From: an uncultured Nitrospiraceae bacterium
GTDB lineage: Bacteria; Nitrospirota; Thermodesulfovibrionia; Thermodesulfovibrionales; Dissulfurispiraceae
NCBI GenBank assembly: GCA_963727805.1
Contig: CAVSHF010000003.1
Span: forward strand, 448,001 to 512,000
Direction of reading: 5' to 3'
Length of the DNA: 64,000 nt
Position numbers and translations under genes: made by a program. Positions 61,156 through 64,000 of this stretch are shown here, piece after piece. Every line of letters starts with the position of its first letter. The stretch's first letter is position 1. The notes beneath the pieces were generated by a model. That model saw nothing but the letters and a program-made list of their open reading frames with translations, did no database searches and was not told the origin of the DNA.

Positions 61156-63864
61156 ATGAGTAGGTATGTAGATGCTCGCATGGCTAAGATAAAAATAGCT
61201 ACATTCTTAATAGTATTTTTCCTGGCATCTATTGCTTTTTCCGAAGGAAGACTCGAGACATCACATGCGATAAAGAAAATTGAAGTTATCGGCCTTCGAT
61301 CTATCAGCACCGATGAACTTCTCTATCTCCTCGACCTGCAGGAAGGAGCGGCCCTAGATCCGGCATTATTGCGTGTGGGTATCAAGCGCGCCTTCCTCAA
61401 AGACATTTTCAAAGATATCATTGTGGAGAGTTCAAGTCCGGAGGATGGCGTTATCACGGTGACCGTTAGGGAAAAAGGCATCATCAAATCGATAGATATC
61501 CAGGGAAACAATTATTTATCTAGCAGATTCATCCGGAAAAATCTTTCTATCAAGAAAGGTGAAAGGATCAATGAGAGAAAGCTGGCAAACAGTGTCGTTG
61601 CACTCGATGACCTCTTTCTCAAAAAAGGTTTTCCCGACTGCAAGATTACTTATACTCTGAGTGAATTGCAGCGTAATAATGTCGCCATTACCATGGTGAT
61701 TAATGAAGGAGAACCTCTCCTTGTTAGGGAAATTAGGATTTCTGGGAGTCTGGAAGATGACAAGAACTCCGTATCAAAACGACTGAAGCTTGCAGTAGGT
61801 GATGTCTTCGATCGAACATCCGTGGACCAGACTATTGAGAAGATAAAGACAGACTACAAAAATAGAGATCATATCGCCATCCAAGCTGATTACACATTTG
61901 AAAATGGGGTACTTGATATCCGTTTTGACCCGGGCAAGAAGATGACGGTCGAATTCGATGGAAACAGCGCAATAGGCTCAAGATCCTTAAAAAAGGAAAT
62001 TCCTTTCTATGAGCTTGATGAATTCAGTGATGATCTTCTTGAAGAGACCGTTGCAAGAATCGTCGGTCTTTACCATGGAGAAGGGTTCCCGAATGCCCAG
62101 ATCGCACCGGTCGTCACGGCTGGTGATAGAAATATCATCGTAAAGTTTTATATCCACGAAGGAGATCGATACCGCATAGATAAAATTGAATTTGAGGGAG
62201 CAATCATACCTGTGGATAAACTGAAGAATGTTATAGGGTTACAAACGGGGGGGTACTATAATCCCGATGTTGTAACGCCTGACAGCGATAATTTGCGAGA
62301 ATTTTACCATTCCCTGGGATATCTTTACGTGAATATTCAGGAGCCTGAGGTTTCGATTAGAGATAACAAGGCTTCGATTACTTTCAGGATTACGGAAGGC
62401 ATTCAGGTGATGGTATCTTCAATAAACATAAAGAACAACAAAATCATATCGGAGGATGAGATACTTCGCGGCATTCCCCTGAAAAATGGGAACCCCTATA
62501 ATGAAATCGACATCCTCGCTTCTCGGATCAAGATACAGAATTTATATCGAAATAGAGGTTTTCTTTCCTCTATCGTTACGATTGAGAGGGAGATTTCCAA
62601 CGATAAGGCCGCTGTAACCTTCAGCATACAGGAAGGAAGTGAGTTATTCTTCGGTAAGAGCGTTGTTATAGGGAATGAAGATACCAGGAGAGAAGTTGTA
62701 TTAAGGAGTCTTCTTCATAAGGAAAGAGAACCCTTCAATTACTCACTTCTGCTGGGGGAAAGGCAGAGACTATACAGGACAGGCCTGTTTACGGATGTGG
62801 AGGAGGTACCTTGGCAGCTGATAGACCATACAAAAGACGTCCTGTACAAGATACATGAAGGGGATGCGGGTTATGTTGAGTTCGGAGGTGGTTATGGAGA
62901 ATATGAAAAATTCAGGGGTTTTCTAGACATCGGCTATAAGAACCTATTCGGCATGAACCGACAGCTTTCATTCAGGACCGAACTCAGTACGTTGACCAGG
63001 AGGTTTATACTCCAATATTTTGAGCCGTGGTTCCTTAACCGGGAGCTCGGATTCAGGGCGCAGATCCTTAGTGAGTACAAGAAGGATTTGAACATAGATA
63101 CACGAGATGTCAATTATCGGTTACAACGGGAAACGGCGACGGCAGGAGTGGAAAAAAAGTTGAATGATAGGGTCAAGGGACAAATATATTATGAACTCGA
63201 CAATGTCAGAACCTACGACGTGCAACCTGATATAGTTCTGACTCATGAGGATGTTGGGACACTCCTTATAAGTGGTGTCAAAGCCGGATTAATCTATGAC
63301 AGCCGGGACAATCCGGTCAATCCGCGCAATGGGATTCTCGGCGGTCTTACATACAAAGTTGCCACTGCCTTATTGTTTTCAGAGACTAACTTCAACAAAC
63401 TTCAGATGTATGCGAACAAGTATATTGCTCTAAGCAAAAATATTGTTCTTGCGTTATCATTGAGAGGTGGTGTGGCGAAAGGCTTCTCTCATACGACCGA
63501 GCTCCCCCTTGTTGAGCGTTTCTTCCTCGGAGGCCGGACGACGGTGCGTGGTTATTCCCAGGATACACTAGGACCAAAAGGTTCAGACAACAATCCCACT
63601 GGAGGTAATGCGTTCTTAATGGGAAATCTGGAGTTTCGCTTCGACATCTGGAAGGGCTTCGGCCTCGTTACTTTTGTCGATAGTGGCAATGTTTGGCAGA
63701 AGGCCGAGCAGGTAACTCTAGGTGACATTAAATATACGACTGGGTTAGGCTTGAGATACAACACACCGGTCGGACCCTTAAGCCTTGATTACGGATATAA
63801 GCTGAACAGGGGAACAGGCGAAAGCAAAGGAGAGATACATTTCAGTGTCGGACAGTCATTCTAA
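61156..63864 (+). CDS. Omp85-family outer-membrane assembly factor (BamA/TamA-like) with multiple POTRA domains
   Basis: Signal peptide, repeated POTRA units, DSRDNP, ERFFLGG..TVRGY, GLRYNTPVGP, terminal Phe. Start uncertain (61150/61156/61180). Confidence 0.9.
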   Translation: MSRYVDARMAKIKIATFLIVFFLASIAFSEGRLETSHAIKKIEVIGLRSISTDELLYLLDLQEGAALDPALLRVGIKRAFLKDIFKDIIVESSSPEDGVITVTVREKGIIKSIDIQGNNYLSSRFIRKNLSIKKGERINERKLANSVVALDDLFLKKGFPDCKITYTLSELQRNNVAITMVINEGEPLLVREIRISGSLEDDKNSVSKRLKLAVGDVFDRTSVDQTIEKIKTDYKNRDHIAIQADYTFENGVLDIRFDPGKKMTVEFDGNSAIGSRSLKKEIPFYELDEFSDDLLEETVARIVGLYHGEGFPNAQIAPVVTAGDRNIIVKFYIHEGDRYRIDKIEFEGAIIPVDKLKNVIGLQTGGYYNPDVVTPDSDNLREFYHSLGYLYVNIQEPEVSIRDNKASITFRITEGIQVMVSSINIKNNKIISEDEILRGIPLKNGNPYNEIDILASRIKIQNLYRNRGFLSSIVTIEREISNDKAAVTFSIQEGSELFFGKSVVIGNEDTRREVVLRSLLHKEREPFNYSLLLGERQRLYRTGLFTDVEEVPWQLIDHTKDVLYKIHEGDAGYVEFGGGYGEYEKFRGFLDIGYKNLFGMNRQLSFRTELSTLTRRFILQYFEPWFLNRELGFRAQILSEYKKDLNIDTRDVNYRLQRETATAGVEKKLNDRVKGQIYYELDNVRTYDVQPDIVLTHEDVGTLLISGVKAGLIYDSRDNPVNPRNGILGGLTYKVATALLFSETNFNKLQMYANKYIALSKNIVLALSLRGGVAKGFSHTTELPLVERFFLGGRTTVRGYSQDTLGPKGSDNNPTGGNAFLMGNLEFRFDIWKGFGLVTFVDSGNVWQKAEQVTLGDIKYTTGLGLRYNTPVGPLSLDYGYKLNRGTGESKGEIHFSVGQSF

Positions 63865-64000
63865 GGATATGCATTTAACTACGTTCGTAGATAAAGAAAA
63901 GTCAGTATGGGGATCAGGGATATTCGTGTGTATTCTTTTTATCCAGCTGATTCTGCAGTTGATTGTTGTTCCCTTTTGCCCTGCTGGACTAATCGACAGG

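Overview
Bacterial chromosomal window, probably from an anaerobic Nitrospirota/Thermodesulfovibrionia-like or deltaproteobacteria-like organism (an inference from gene content and protein style, not tested). Most of it is housekeeping: addAB, yceD-rpmF-plsX-fabH, a PyrR-attenuated pyrRBC-carAB operon, PFK, tatBC, ychF, prmA, ilvBN, dapB, yacG, uvrA, glnD, tamB and an Omp85 gene. The ORF track misses several things. Two selenoproteins are split at in-frame UGA codons: SelD, and a formate dehydrogenase alpha subunit in a HydABC/Hyl-like bifurcating-type operon next to fhs. There is a fluoride riboswitch heading an antiporter-USP-crcB-DUF190(-GalT-like-HAD) cluster, and an IS3-family element inserted between selD and its promoter. 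Decayed genes include an hgcB-like mercury-methylation ferredoxin relic, a tandem rhodanese and apgM. There is also a probable ATT start codon and several leaderless genes. The best candidates for something poorly described are the FmdE-Zn finger-ModE(wHTH) fusion regulator with its MOSC and MoeA-like neighbours, and the extended fluoride operon. I found no CRISPR array, rRNA or tRNA. All family assignments come from motif recognition by eye, and no searches were run.
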